Shown here: piece after piece, positions 39,964-49,971 of the stretch
Numbering within the stretch: position 1 is the stretch's first letter
How the letters are laid out: each line of letters begins with the position of its first letter
DNA from: Actinomycetota bacterium
GTDB taxonomy: Bacteria > Actinomycetota > Actinomycetes > S36-B12 > UBA5976
NCBI GenBank assembly: GCA_016870575.1
Contig: VGBH01000001.1
Location: forward strand, 27,083-91,082
DNA length: 64,000 nt
Direction: 5' to 3'
The notes under the pieces: generated by a model
What the model saw: only the letters and a program-made list of their open reading frames with translations
Databases searched by the model: none
What the model was told of the DNA's origin: nothing
Position numbers and translations under genes: made by a program

Positions 39964-40611
39964 ATGACCAATATTGAGTGTGTAATTCTGGATTGGGGCG
40001 GCGTGTTAACTCAGCCAGTTAACCAAGCAGTTTCGGCGTGGATGCGTGCAGATGGAATTGATGAGCATATTTTTGAAAGAGTAATGGGCAATTGGCTAGG
40101 ACCAGTAGCTGAACTTGAAGCACACCTAAATCCAGTGCACGCACTTGAACGCGGTGAATTAGAAGTGCCACATTTTGAAGAGCGACTAGCTGCTGAATTA
40201 ACAAAATATGCGCATCATGAGATAAATCATCAAGGACTATTGCAGCGAATGTTTGATCATTTCGTGCAATCAGAAGATATGCGTGGTTTGATTTATCGTC
40301 TGCGGAAACTTGGATATCGAACGGCTTTACTATCTAATTCCTGGGGAAATGAATATCCAAGATCAGGCTGGGATGAAATGTTTGATGTGGTGGTCATTTC
40401 AGGTGAGGTTGGTATGCGTAAACCCGAACGTAGAATCTATGAGTACACCTTAAATCAATTAGATTTGCAAGCAAATAACAGTGTCTTTATAGATGACATT
40501 AGAACCAATGTTTTGGCCGCAGTTGAATTAGGAATAACGGGAATTCATCATCAGTCATACCAAGAAACAAAATCTGAATTGTCAATTGTGTTAGGAAATA
40601 ACCTAGATTAG
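39964..40611 (+). CDS. HAD-superfamily hydrolase (subfamily IA)
   Basis: 215 aa with motif I ILDWGGV and motif IV FIDD. TAGGCT lies 6 nt before the ATG. Confidence 0.8.
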   Translation: MTNIECVILDWGGVLTQPVNQAVSAWMRADGIDEHIFERVMGNWLGPVAELEAHLNPVHALERGELEVPHFEERLAAELTKYAHHEINHQGLLQRMFDHFVQSEDMRGLIYRLRKLGYRTALLSNSWGNEYPRSGWDEMFDVVVISGEVGMRKPERRIYEYTLNQLDLQANNSVFIDDIRTNVLAAVELGITGIHHQSYQETKSELSIVLGNNLD

Positions 40612-40678
40612 TTCTCACCCATTGAGGGTAGTCAATGAATGGATATGGCAGAAATAGCGGCCTGGAGAAAGGCTGCTG

Positions 40679-41671
40679 ATGCTTACCAAAGAAATTTGGG
40701 CAGGGCGATTAATTAACTTACTGGAAGACAATGAGATCGATGAGATTTGGATTAATGATCCAGATCATGTTTTTGTCTCCAGGCGAGGAGTTACCCAATT
40801 AACGGATTTAGTACTTGAAAATGATGAGTTAATCACGATGATTGATTTACTTTTGCGGCACTCAGGTCGAAGAGTAGATCGCAGCCAACCCTTTGTAGAT
40901 GCTACGTTGCCTGATGGTTCGCGATTGCATATCGTGATTCCTGACATCACTAAAAAGTACCCGGCAATTAACATTCGAAAATATCCAGCTCTTCCTTTAA
41001 GGCTTTCTCAACTAGTTTCTTCATCAGCACTCACTCAGGCAGCTGCTGATTTCCTTGTGGAATGTGTCCGAGCAGGCGAGAACTTGCTTATTGCTGGCGG
41101 CACAGGTAGTGGCAAAACAACATTATTAAACGCGCTGTTGGAGGCTGCAGATCCAAACGAGCGAGTAATTGTTTGCGAAGAGGTGAGAGAAATCAATTTA
41201 ACTAGAGCCGATTGGGTATCTATGCAAACAAGAACTGCTTCAGTTGAAGGAGCTGGTGGGGTGGATTTGCGAGCATTAGTTGTTGAGAGTTTAAGAATGC
41301 GACCTGATCGAATTGTGGTTGGTGAAGTGAGGCAACGCGAGGCACTTGATCTCTTGATAGCTTTGAATTGTGGCACTCCTGGGATGGGAACAATACATGC
41401 AAACAGTGCGAAAGAAGCGATAACCAAAATTAGCACATTACCGCTGTTGGCAGGACAAAATGTTTCACTCGACTTTGTTATCCCAACTGTAGCTAGTGCT
41501 ATTGATGTTGTGATATTCGTGCAAAAACTCAACACAGGAAAGCGTAAGGTAAGTGAGATAGTTAGAGTAACTGGTGAAATTACTGATGGTGAAATTCAAT
41601 TAGAACTACAAAATTTTGTTACTCGAGCACGTGATTTAGATGCAATCGTGGAATTGGTAACTTCAATATGA
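40679..41671 (+). CDS. Tad/Flp pilus assembly ATPase (CpaF/TadA, VirB11 superfamily), short form
   Basis: 330 aa with Walker A GGTGSGKTT, a Walker B / Asp box, and a His box GTIHANS. Confidence 0.85.
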   Translation: MLTKEIWAGRLINLLEDNEIDEIWINDPDHVFVSRRGVTQLTDLVLENDELITMIDLLLRHSGRRVDRSQPFVDATLPDGSRLHIVIPDITKKYPAINIRKYPALPLRLSQLVSSSALTQAAADFLVECVRAGENLLIAGGTGSGKTTLLNALLEAADPNERVIVCEEVREINLTRADWVSMQTRTASVEGAGGVDLRALVVESLRMRPDRIVVGEVRQREALDLLIALNCGTPGMGTIHANSAKEAITKISTLPLLAGQNVSLDFVIPTVASAIDVVIFVQKLNTGKRKVSEIVRVTGEITDGEIQLELQNFVTRARDLDAIVELVTSI

Positions 41672-42345
41672 ATACCTACTTGATGTTCTTATCTTTAGCG
41701 ATTTTAATTTCACTTATGCCGGAAATTTGGGAGGCGACTAAAATAGTTTTTCGCCGAATACAAAGTAGCTTGTATCAATTCTTGAAACCAAGGCAAGTTG
41801 CACGTGCCCAACGGGCTTGGCCAGAATTAATGGACGACATTGCTGCAGCTGTGCGAAGCGGTGTTCCACTGGAGCAAGCAGTGTTTGAGGCAGCTAACAG
41901 ATCGCCACAAGATTTAAGGCGGGTTCTTCAAGGTTTTGTGCATCAGATTCGCACTGGTCATTCATTGCACGAGAGTTTAGATAATTTGTTGACGCAATCG
42001 ATTGATTCAGTAGGCAAACGTTTAATAACGGCACTAAAGATTGCCAGCTCAGCTGGCGGAAAAGATGTAGTGCTTACCTTACAAACTCTTGCCGAATCGA
42101 TTAGGAGAGATTTACAACTTTTAGATGAGTTAAAAGCGAAACAACGCTCAGCTACTACTGGAGCTAGGGTATCAGTATTTGCACCTTGGCTAGTTATTTT
42201 TTTAACCTCATTACAACCAACTGTGCGCGCTTCCTATCAATCGGAACTGGGCTTAATATTGATTTTTGGTATTGCGGTGATCTCAGTTATTGCCTATTTA
42301 TGGATGCTGCAAATTTCTAGATTAAAAATAGGTGAGTTAAAGTGA
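41668..42345 (+). CDS. TadB-like type II secretion system F-family membrane protein
   Basis: 225 aa. It overlaps the ATPase gene by 4 nt and has a T2SS-F-like cytoplasmic domain flanked by transmembrane helices. Confidence 0.7.
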   Translation: MNTYLMFLSLAILISLMPEIWEATKIVFRRIQSSLYQFLKPRQVARAQRAWPELMDDIAAAVRSGVPLEQAVFEAANRSPQDLRRVLQGFVHQIRTGHSLHESLDNLLTQSIDSVGKRLITALKIASSAGGKDVVLTLQTLAESIRRDLQLLDELKAKQRSATTGARVSVFAPWLVIFLTSLQPTVRASYQSELGLILIFGIAVISVIAYLWMLQISRLKIGELK

Positions 42346-43193
42346 CCCAAGTCCAATATGTTTCAACTCTGTTTGCTCTTACGGCAATATTCTTAATGAC
42401 AAATTCAAGTCTTAAGCAGAATAAATATCAGCGCCGCATAGGTAACTTCCTGTTTAAAGATGCTAAACAAGACCAGTTGAGTTTCCTCCATAACAAACTA
42501 ATGAATCATCTACCAAATCGAGAATTGATTCAAGCAAAACTCGATTTAACCCAAAGCAATCTGTCCGTTAGGAAGATAAGAATTACTCAGATTAGTTACG
42601 CAATAATAGGTTTTGTTACCGGCTTAGCTTTCAACTTGACTTCGCTGACTGAATCCATTCTATTGCCAAAATTCATCTGGCTAGGATTTGTTTGGTTTGG
42701 TTGGTATTTTCCAATGGCTAGTTTGAATTCAAGATTTCAGAAGTTGAAAGATGAATTGAACTTTGGCTTTGCAGAAGTTGTCGATTTAATTGCACTTTCA
42801 GTAACTGCAGGTAACTCACTTAGCACTTCCTTGATTGTTGTTTCTGAATTAGTAAAGCATCCTTGGCAAAATCAGTTGAGGCTTTTGCGTCAGGATCTTA
42901 TAAGTGGCTTAAGTGTTGCAACAAGCCTAGAGAGAGCAGCCTTGAGAATGCAGCATCCCACTTTTACTAAATTTGTTAACTCCATTTTAATTACTTTAGA
43001 CCGCGGTACACCATTAGCTGCTCATTTAAGAATTCAAGCAACTGAAGTTACTGAACAAATTAGAAGAGATCTTTTAGTGCGAGCTGGGAAGAAAGAGACA
43101 ACTATGTTGTTGCCAGTAGTTTTTCTTATTCTTCCTTCGATAGTAGTAGTAACCCTATTTCCTGGAGTTATGGCTCTAGGAAATCTAATCTGA
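42342..43193 (+). CDS. TadC-like type II secretion system F-family membrane protein
   Basis: 283 aa. It overlaps the previous gene by 4 nt and has the same architecture. Confidence 0.7.
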   Translation: MTQVQYVSTLFALTAIFLMTNSSLKQNKYQRRIGNFLFKDAKQDQLSFLHNKLMNHLPNRELIQAKLDLTQSNLSVRKIRITQISYAIIGFVTGLAFNLTSLTESILLPKFIWLGFVWFGWYFPMASLNSRFQKLKDELNFGFAEVVDLIALSVTAGNSLSTSLIVVSELVKHPWQNQLRLLRQDLISGLSVATSLERAALRMQHPTFTKFVNSILITLDRGTPLAAHLRIQATEVTEQIRRDLLVRAGKKETTMLLPVVFLILPSIVVVTLFPGVMALGNLI

Positions 43194-43203
43194 AAGGAAA
43201 AAT

Positions 43204-43371
43204 ATGCTCATCAAAATAGTCAGTCACTTGCGCGATAATCGAGGTGATATTCCAGCCTGGGTGCTCATCACCGTGATGACTGCAGGCTTGGTCACAGCAC
43301 TTTGGACTGTCGCTGATGATCAACTCACTGAGTTGTTTACTAGGGCAGTTTCCTCAATCACCAATCGATGA
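43204..43371 (+). CDS. Flp/DUF4244-like pilin (55 aa), below the 60-aa size of the smallest ORF in the supplied track
   Basis: The ATG is preceded by AAGGAAA. Translation: MLIKIVSHLRDNRGDIPAWVLITVMTAGLVTALWTVADDQLTELFTRAVSSITNR, a short charged leader followed by a hydrophobic helix. It shares an ATGA overlap with the next gene. Confidence 0.5.
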   Translation: MLIKIVSHLRDNRGDIPAWVLITVMTAGLVTALWTVADDQLTELFTRAVSSITNR

Positions 43372-43715
43372 ATCGGATTCTGAACCAACGTGGCTCAATT
43401 ATTGAATTTACTTTGATTGCTCCAATGATAATTTCTCTTGCGTTGGTGGTGATGCAGTTGATGTTGTTGTTTACTCAGCGGGAACAAAGCCGTGCTGCCG
43501 CAGATCGAATTGCATTTCTTGCTGCCACGTTGGATAAAAGTGCTGCTGCTTTTGAAGCCCAGAGAATAATGACTAGCTTTCCTGCCATAACGGATGTTGC
43601 AATTACTAACAATGCCGATTTGGTAAAAGTGGAGATAACTGCAACTGCAAAACTCTTTTTGCCAATTCCAGAGCTTACTTATCAAATAGAAACTGAGGCA
43701 GTGAAAGAGCCGTGA
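43368..43715 (+). CDS. TadE-like pseudopilin
   Basis: 115 aa with a TadE N-terminal pattern (RGSIIEFTLIAPMIISLALVV). Confidence 0.7.
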   Translation: MNRILNQRGSIIEFTLIAPMIISLALVVMQLMLLFTQREQSRAAADRIAFLAATLDKSAAAFEAQRIMTSFPAITDVAITNNADLVKVEITATAKLFLPIPELTYQIETEAVKEP

Positions 43716-44119
43716 AAAATCATCTAAGAGATTTAAGCGGCTTAATTATGGTTGAAGCCATAATGTTAATCGTTGGAGTTATCTTGCCAATTCTTTTAAC
43801 AACAACTGCGATTATTAATATTCTCTCTCAGCAAAGTAGTTTGTCCTTACTTACCAGGCAGGCAACACGTAGTTTTGCACTAGCCAATGACAATCAAACC
43901 GGGTTAGCAAGGTTGTCCGGACTGGCAACAAAGCAAACCAGATTTGATAACCCTGTTGATTTAAAGCTCTCTTGCTTAGCGCAATGTATGCCTGGGACTC
44001 ATTTTGAGGTATCGGGCAAAGTCAAATCGAATTTGATTGCTATCCCATTTCTACCTGATTTAGAAATTACACTGAGAAGTAAAGCTGTTGCCATTTTAGA
44101 CAGATTTGTGCAGCGATGA
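43712..44119 (+). CDS. TadE/TadG-like pilus assembly protein
   Basis: 135 aa with an N-terminal hydrophobic helix (GLIMVEAIMLIVGVILPILL). It overlaps its neighbours by 4 nt on each side. Confidence 0.5.
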   Translation: MKNHLRDLSGLIMVEAIMLIVGVILPILLTTTAIINILSQQSSLSLLTRQATRSFALANDNQTGLARLSGLATKQTRFDNPVDLKLSCLAQCMPGTHFEVSGKVKSNLIAIPFLPDLEITLRSKAVAILDRFVQR

Positions 44120-44547
44120 AGTATTTAAAGTCTAAATCAGGATCAATTCTTCCAATGGCTTCAGGTCTGATTACAATCTTGTTAATCGGCGTGCTAGGCA
44201 CTATTAACATTACTTATCTAGTCGGTAAGAGATTTCAACTACAGTCAGAACTTGATTTTTTGGCACTACAACTTGTTCAACAAATAGACTATTCAAACTA
44301 CTTTGAAATTGGCTTTAGTGATGACCTAGGCTTAGATTTAGATGCAATTGATCAGCAAATTGCGATATTGAGTCAAAGTGGTGATATTGCACGGTGTGAA
44401 AATGATATTAGAATGATCGTAATTGGTTTACAAGTTGATTTGCAACTTGAATGTGAAACTGAACTCCCAGCACCCATTCCAGGATTGCCGGCAACGGTAG
44501 TTTTCGATTTGGCAAGTTCGGCACGACTTGCGCAATCCAGTGGTTAA
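44116..44547 (+). CDS. TadG-like / Rv3654c-like pilus assembly protein
   Basis: 143 aa with an N-terminal hydrophobic helix. It is the last gene of the Tad operon. Confidence 0.45.
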   Translation: MKYLKSKSGSILPMASGLITILLIGVLGTINITYLVGKRFQLQSELDFLALQLVQQIDYSNYFEIGFSDDLGLDLDAIDQQIAILSQSGDIARCENDIRMIVIGLQVDLQLECETELPAPIPGLPATVVFDLASSARLAQSSG

Positions 44548-44576
44548 GTCGTGGAATTCGAGCGATCGCCTACCCT

Positions 44577-45692
44577 GTGACAGTGGAAATAGATGAGATA
44601 TCAGCGGCCCTTGAGGAATTAGCCGAAAAATTAAGCGGGATTGAGCAAGTTACTGACGTTACTAAATTAACTACCCAGCTAACGGAACTAGAGAATCAAG
44701 CAGCTGACCCAAATTTGTGGCAGGACCAGAGCAATGCACAGAAAATTACCAGTCGATTAGCTGCAGTCCGAAATGAAATTTCAAAAGTGAGTCAATTACG
44801 CGCTCGATTAGATGACCTAAATACCCTATTCGATTTAGCAAAATCTGAATCAGATAAGTCCGTGATGAGTGAAGTAGAAGCAGAGATAGTCAGCTTAAAG
44901 CAGGAATTAGATGATTTGGAAGTTAAAACTTTACTTTCAGGTGAATATGATGCTCGAGAAGCACTAATAACACTGAGGTCTGAAGCTGGAGGTGTTGATG
45001 CAGCCGATTGGACTGAAATGTTAATGCGAATGTATTTACGTTATTGTGAACGCAAAGTTTGGAAGACCGAGGTTTACGAAACATCATATGCTGAGGAAGC
45101 GGGTATTAAATCCACAACCTTTGCAGTTAAAGCCCCTTACGCATACGGGATGTTGTCCGTTGAGCAAGGAACACACAGATTGGTTCGCATTTCTCCGTTT
45201 GATTCACAAGCTCGTCGGCACACATCATTTGCTGGTGTTGAAGTAGTTCCAGTTGTTGAGCAATCTGATGCAATCGTCATATCAGATGATGAAATTAGAG
45301 TAGATGTATATCGATCATCTGGGCCTGGTGGACAGGGAGTTAACACCACCGATTCTGCAGTTCGGTTAACGCACATACCTACCGGAATAGTCGTTTCCTG
45401 CCAGAATGAAAGATCACAATTACAAAACAAAGCAACAGCAATGGCATTACTTAGCTCAAAACTGTTAGAGCGAAAACGACAAGAAGAACAAGCAAAAATT
45501 GATGCATTAAAAGGCGATTCAGCTGGCTCCTGGGGAAATCAAATGCGCTCATATGTGCTCGCGCCTTACCAGATGGTTAAAGATTTACGCACTAATATGG
45601 AAACAGGTAATCCAGCAGCAGTATTAGATGGCGATCTTGATGATTTTATCTACAGCGGGATTCGTTGGCGCAAGAGTCAAGGAGCGAAGTGA
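44577..45692 (+). CDS. prfB: peptide chain release factor 2
   Basis: 371 aa with SPF and GGQ motifs ([17 protein letters not shown]). The reading frame is uninterrupted. An alternative GTG at 44583 sits 6 nt after a TACCCT hexamer. Confidence 0.95.
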   Translation: MTVEIDEISAALEELAEKLSGIEQVTDVTKLTTQLTELENQAADPNLWQDQSNAQKITSRLAAVRNEISKVSQLRARLDDLNTLFDLAKSESDKSVMSEVEAEIVSLKQELDDLEVKTLLSGEYDAREALITLRSEAGGVDAADWTEMLMRMYLRYCERKVWKTEVYETSYAEEAGIKSTTFAVKAPYAYGMLSVEQGTHRLVRISPFDSQARRHTSFAGVEVVPVVEQSDAIVISDDEIRVDVYRSSGPGGQGVNTTDSAVRLTHIPTGIVVSCQNERSQLQNKATAMALLSSKLLERKRQEEQAKIDALKGDSAGSWGNQMRSYVLAPYQMVKDLRTNMETGNPAAVLDGDLDDFIYSGIRWRKSQGAK

Positions 45693-46381
45693 TTAAATTT
45701 GAGTCGGTAACGAAGAATTATCGCAAAGATTTGGTGCCTGCGCTGAATAACATTGATCTATTGATTGAACCTGGTGAGTTTATTTTTTTAATTGGACCAT
45801 CTGGTTCTGGAAAGTCAACATTTCTCTCCCTGGTATTGCGCGAATATAAACCAACTTCTGGAACTATTACTGTCGATGGAATGCAGATTGAAAAACTAAA
45901 AGATAGCGCTGTACCAAAGTTGCGACGAAAAATTGGCGTAGTTTTTCAAGATTTCCGATTATTAAATAATCGCACGGTTAAGCAAAATGTTGGTTTTGCT
46001 CTTGATGTAATTGGGATACCTCGAAAAGATCAGCCAGAAAAAATAGATCAGATTCTGGAAACTGTAGGTTTAAGCGGATTAGCTGACCGTATGCCTTACC
46101 AGTTAAGTGGAGGAGAGCAACAACGGGTAGCGATAGCTCGCGCTTGCGTAAACCAGCCGACCGTTCTAATTGCTGATGAACCAACTGGGAACTTAGATCC
46201 AGATACCTCAGCTGAAATTATGCGAACCCTAGATCAGATTAATCGTTATGGCACAACTGTGATTGTGGCGACCCATGATGCTGCAATTGTGGATGGAATG
46301 CGAAGAAGAGTAATCGAACTAGCAAACGGTGAAGTCATTCGCGACCAAGAGCGTGGTGTGTACGGCATCGGGGCATACTAA
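45689..46381 (+). CDS. ftsE: cell division ATP-binding protein FtsE
   Basis: It has Walker [10 protein letters not shown], the ABC signature LSGGEQQR and Walker B LIADEP. The GTG start overlaps the prfB TGA. Confidence 0.93.
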   Translation: MIKFESVTKNYRKDLVPALNNIDLLIEPGEFIFLIGPSGSGKSTFLSLVLREYKPTSGTITVDGMQIEKLKDSAVPKLRRKIGVVFQDFRLLNNRTVKQNVGFALDVIGIPRKDQPEKIDQILETVGLSGLADRMPYQLSGGEQQRVAIARACVNQPTVLIADEPTGNLDPDTSAEIMRTLDQINRYGTTVIVATHDAAIVDGMRRRVIELANGEVIRDQERGVYGIGAY

Positions 46382-47289
46382 TGAATTTACGATTCTTGCT
46401 TGGTGAAGTGGGCACTGGTTTGCGGCGAACATTTACTTTAACTCTTGCAATACTTGTCACCTCGACTATTGCATTATCGATGTTAGCTTTATCGCTATTG
46501 GTTCGAAACCAAGTTGTTTTGACTGAACAGTCGCTATATGAACGGGTTGAAATTACCGTTTTTCTATGTGCACCAATAAGTCCGGTTAATTTATGTCGAG
46601 AAGGATCTGCTACCACATCTCAGATAAATCAAATAGAAAAGAAATTGGAATCATTGCGTCCATTGGTAACGGAAATCAAGTTTGAGAATCAAGCAGAAGC
46701 ATTTGAGCGTTTCCAATCTCAATTTGCTGGTACCGCGGTTGCGGCTGAAGCAACAGTTGATCAAATGCCTGAATCGTTTCGAGTAAGCATGTCCAATCCA
46801 GAGCAATATGAGAAGGTAGTAAAGGCCGTCAGTAAATTGCCAGGAGTTGAATATGTGCAAGATCAACAGGCTGTGCTTGACTCGCTATTTGTCTCACTTA
46901 ATTATTTGCAAATAGGAGCAATCTCAATTGCAGCACTAATGCTGCTGGTTGTGATGGTACTAACAATAAACACAATGCGCATTGCTGCCTTTAGTAGACG
47001 TGATGAGATTGGAATTATGCGACTTGTCGGTGCATCAAAAAGTGCCATTCGACTACCGTTTGTGATGGAAGCAATGATTGCAGCATTCATTGGAGCGATG
47101 TTGGCTGCTGGATTAATTGCGGCTTTCCAATACTGGGTTGTTGATGGGTTACTAGTTCGGACAGTTGGGTTTCTTGACTTTGTGGTTTGGCGCGATGTGT
47201 TTATTTCAATTGGAATCAGTGCTGGAATTGGCTTACTTCTCACAATGTTGGTTGCTACCGTATCAATCCGCCGATATTTGAAGGTGTGA
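46381..47289 (+). CDS. ftsX: cell division permease-like protein FtsX
   Basis: 302 aa with 4 transmembrane helices and a large extracytoplasmic loop between TM1 and TM2. It directly follows ftsE. Confidence 0.9.
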   Translation: MNLRFLLGEVGTGLRRTFTLTLAILVTSTIALSMLALSLLVRNQVVLTEQSLYERVEITVFLCAPISPVNLCREGSATTSQINQIEKKLESLRPLVTEIKFENQAEAFERFQSQFAGTAVAAEATVDQMPESFRVSMSNPEQYEKVVKAVSKLPGVEYVQDQQAVLDSLFVSLNYLQIGAISIAALMLLVVMVLTINTMRIAAFSRRDEIGIMRLVGASKSAIRLPFVMEAMIAAFIGAMLAAGLIAAFQYWVVDGLLVRTVGFLDFVVWRDVFISIGISAGIGLLLTMLVATVSIRRYLKV

Positions 47290-48512
47290 TGAAACAGCGC
47301 AGAACAACCCGACTTGTTGGGTTATTGCTAGTTTTTAGTTCGTTGTTTGCTGGACTAGCTTTGCCCATTTTCGGAAAAGAACTTGAAGACGAATTAGAAG
47401 ATATTAAGGGTCAGGTCAAAGAACTTGAAGATGAGTTATTGGCAGCTAGCAAAATCGTGCAACGAGCAACAGCTGAACTGCGTAAAATTGAAGCCCAAAT
47501 TCCAGCAGCCCAGCGCAGATTACAAACAGCACAAGCAAATTTAAAGGCGGCCTTCAAGAGAGAATCTGATGCCGAAACAGAATTACGTAAAATAAATAGA
47601 GCTCAAGTTGTAGTTCGAGTGAGAATTGCAAAAGCAGAAGAGCGTGTTCGTGAGTTGCAGTTACAGGTTGGTCAAATTGCTAGACGACTTTATCAAGAGG
47701 GGCCACTTGCAGTAATTGGAATTTTGTTTCAAGCAGATTCGCTTGGCGAATTTATTGGGCGACTTGGAGCAGCTCAAGCACTCGCCCGTGCTCGCGGAGC
47801 ATCTGTTGATGAACTTCAAATTGTTCGAGCAGGTTTACTTGCTGACAAAGCTGAACTAGAAAAATTGTTTGAAAAAGCGAGAATTCAAGAAGAGAAAGCA
47901 GCAGCTGCGAGAAGAGAAGCACAAGATGCCAGGGCGGAAGCAAAAACTGCTCGCGATGCCTTAGCAAAATTACTGGCGCAGCGAAAAGCTGCATTAGATA
48001 GAGCACAGAAACAGCGAGCTGCAGTTAAGCGAGAATATGACAAAATTGTTGCTGAACAGCGAAGAATTGAAGCACTTATTCGTGGTGAAAAAAACCCTGG
48101 TGTTTTTGCAGGAACATTGATTTGGCCAACTCCAGGTCGAATCTCTTCTTACCCAGGTCCGCGTCGTCATCCTGTTTATGGATACCGCTCCTGCCACACT
48201 GGTTTAGATATTGCCGCGCCAACTGGAACACCGATAAAAGCTGCTGCTGCTGGACGATTAGTGACCGCTCGATCAACTGTTTATGGTTTATACGCAGTTA
48301 TTTATCACGGCTCTGATACCGCAACTATGTATGCACATATGAGTCGATTTGCAATTACGTCAGGACAGGTTAATCAGGGCCAGGTTATTGGCTATGTTGG
48401 TTCAACCGGCTACAGCACAGGCCCGCACCTGCATTTTGAGGTTCGAATTAAGGGAAAGGCCTATCACCCAATGGGATGGTTTGGATCATCTAAGAAAGCG
48501 GTTACTTGTTAG
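47289..48512 (+). CDS. M23-family peptidoglycan hydrolase with long N-terminal coiled coil (EnvC/PcsB-like)
   Basis: The ATG overlaps the ftsX TGA. The protein has a signal/transmembrane segment, about 250 aa of coiled coil, and an M23 domain (HTGLDIAAPTGTPI...GSTGYSTGPHLHFEV). Confidence 0.85.
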   Translation: MKQRRTTRLVGLLLVFSSLFAGLALPIFGKELEDELEDIKGQVKELEDELLAASKIVQRATAELRKIEAQIPAAQRRLQTAQANLKAAFKRESDAETELRKINRAQVVVRVRIAKAEERVRELQLQVGQIARRLYQEGPLAVIGILFQADSLGEFIGRLGAAQALARARGASVDELQIVRAGLLADKAELEKLFEKARIQEEKAAAARREAQDARAEAKTARDALAKLLAQRKAALDRAQKQRAAVKREYDKIVAEQRRIEALIRGEKNPGVFAGTLIWPTPGRISSYPGPRRHPVYGYRSCHTGLDIAAPTGTPIKAAAAGRLVTARSTVYGLYAVIYHGSDTATMYAHMSRFAITSGQVNQGQVIGYVGSTGYSTGPHLHFEVRIKGKAYHPMGWFGSSKKAVTC

Positions 48513-48568
48513 GCGTATTGCCCTAAGGGTGGGATTTTGCTGTTAAATCTGCGCTTACACTTGTCAAC

Positions 48569-49414
48569 GTGATTAAACGATCGACTGCCGCGATAACCGC
48601 TGTGCTTATGCTGCTTTTTGGTATGGCCATCGGGGATAGCGTGCTGCCCAATCGAAACTCAGATCGCGTGCTACCAACAATTGCTGAGTTGATCATTAAT
48701 GAAGGTTACGGAATAACCCAGCAGCAGACGCTAACCCGAGTTGCCGCCGATGCAATGCTAAGAGCATCTGGTGATCAATGGGGAAGCTATCAGCAAGGAG
48801 CATTAGCTACCGAGGAAGTTCAAGTCTTTACTGAACAAGTAAGTGTTACTCCACTAAAACGTGCAGTGGTAATCAAAGTTGCGCATTTCAATGTTGGCAC
48901 TGCAAAACAGATAAAAAGAGAGCTAAACAATTTAGATAAAAACTTAGGAGTGGTACTTGATTTGCGTAACAATCAAGGTGGTTTATTGGCTGAAGCAGTT
49001 GCTACCAGTTCTTTGTTCTTAGATACCGAACTAATCACAACTGTTACTTCAAGAGATGAAGCACCGGTTACCCTTTATGCAGACGGCACTGGTCGCAAAG
49101 ATTTTTCAGTCGTGGTTTTAGTAAATGCGGGAACTGCATCAAGTGCAGAAATTGTGGCCAGCGCACTTCAAGATCATGGCCGAGCAGTTGTTGTTGGATC
49201 TAGAAGTTTTGGTAAAGCGTCAGTGCAAGAGACTTTTGAGCTACCAGATAAGTCAAAGTTGCTCTTGACCGTGGGTCGATTTATTCGACCATCAGGAGCA
49301 GAAATAGATGGCCTGGGGATTGAGCCCGATGTGCCAGTTGCCAATACTGGAGATGCGTTGCGAATGGCAATCAATGTTGCGGTTGGCCTTAATGCTGCTG
49401 TTACGGGGCGATAG
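48569..49414 (+). CDS. S41-family C-terminal processing peptidase, short form without an obvious PDZ domain
   Basis: 281 aa with a transmembrane anchor and the motifs [19 protein letters not shown] and FGKASVQ (Ser/Lys dyad context). Confidence 0.8.
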   Translation: MIKRSTAAITAVLMLLFGMAIGDSVLPNRNSDRVLPTIAELIINEGYGITQQQTLTRVAADAMLRASGDQWGSYQQGALATEEVQVFTEQVSVTPLKRAVVIKVAHFNVGTAKQIKRELNNLDKNLGVVLDLRNNQGGLLAEAVATSSLFLDTELITTVTSRDEAPVTLYADGTGRKDFSVVVLVNAGTASSAEIVASALQDHGRAVVVGSRSFGKASVQETFELPDKSKLLLTVGRFIRPSGAEIDGLGIEPDVPVANTGDALRMAINVAVGLNAAVTGR

Positions 49415-49416
49415 TT

Positions 49417-49893
49417 ATGCCACGAGAACAAGGACGAAAGTTGATTGCGCAGAACAAGAAGGCTCGGCACGACTATCTTTTGGGTGACACTTATGAAGCA
49501 GGAATTCAACTAGTTGGAACTGAAGTTAAGTCACTACGAGCTGGCCGAGCATCTTTGGTGGATGGATTTGCTGAAGTGAGAAATGGCGAAGCTTGGCTTA
49601 GGAATGTCCATATCCCAGAATATGAACAGGGATCTTGGACTAACCATGAGCCTAGACGTGCTCGCAAATTGTTGCTCAAAAAAGAGCAACTGCGTAAACT
49701 GATTAAATCCACTAAAGAGAAAGGCACAACTATTGTGCCACTGTCTTTGTATTTTAAAGATGGCTTTGCCAAAGTTGAGATAGCGGTAGCGACGGGCAAG
49801 CAAGCTCACGATAAACGCCAGACAATCGCTGCTCGTGATGCTGCTAAAGAGGCTAGTCGAGCAATGGGTCGCCGACTCAAAGGTGATGAATAA
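49417..49893 (+). CDS. smpB: SsrA-binding protein
   Basis: 158 aa with the typical SmpB sequence (...[10 protein letters not shown]...GTEVKSLR...). Confidence 0.95.
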   Translation: MPREQGRKLIAQNKKARHDYLLGDTYEAGIQLVGTEVKSLRAGRASLVDGFAEVRNGEAWLRNVHIPEYEQGSWTNHEPRRARKLLLKKEQLRKLIKSTKEKGTTIVPLSLYFKDGFAKVEIAVATGKQAHDKRQTIAARDAAKEASRAMGRRLKGDE

Positions 49894-49971
49894 GTAAGAG
49901 TATCTCTATTTACCCTTAACCAGTTTAAGTAAAGCTAAATTCAGCGTTATTCTTGGCCCATAACTAAATAG

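Noticed and set aside
44577-45692. A programmed +1 frameshift site in prfB.
   Set aside because: The RF2 frame is uninterrupted from the start to the GGQ and C-terminal domains. There is no early in-frame UGA with an upstream Shine-Dalgarno-like element.
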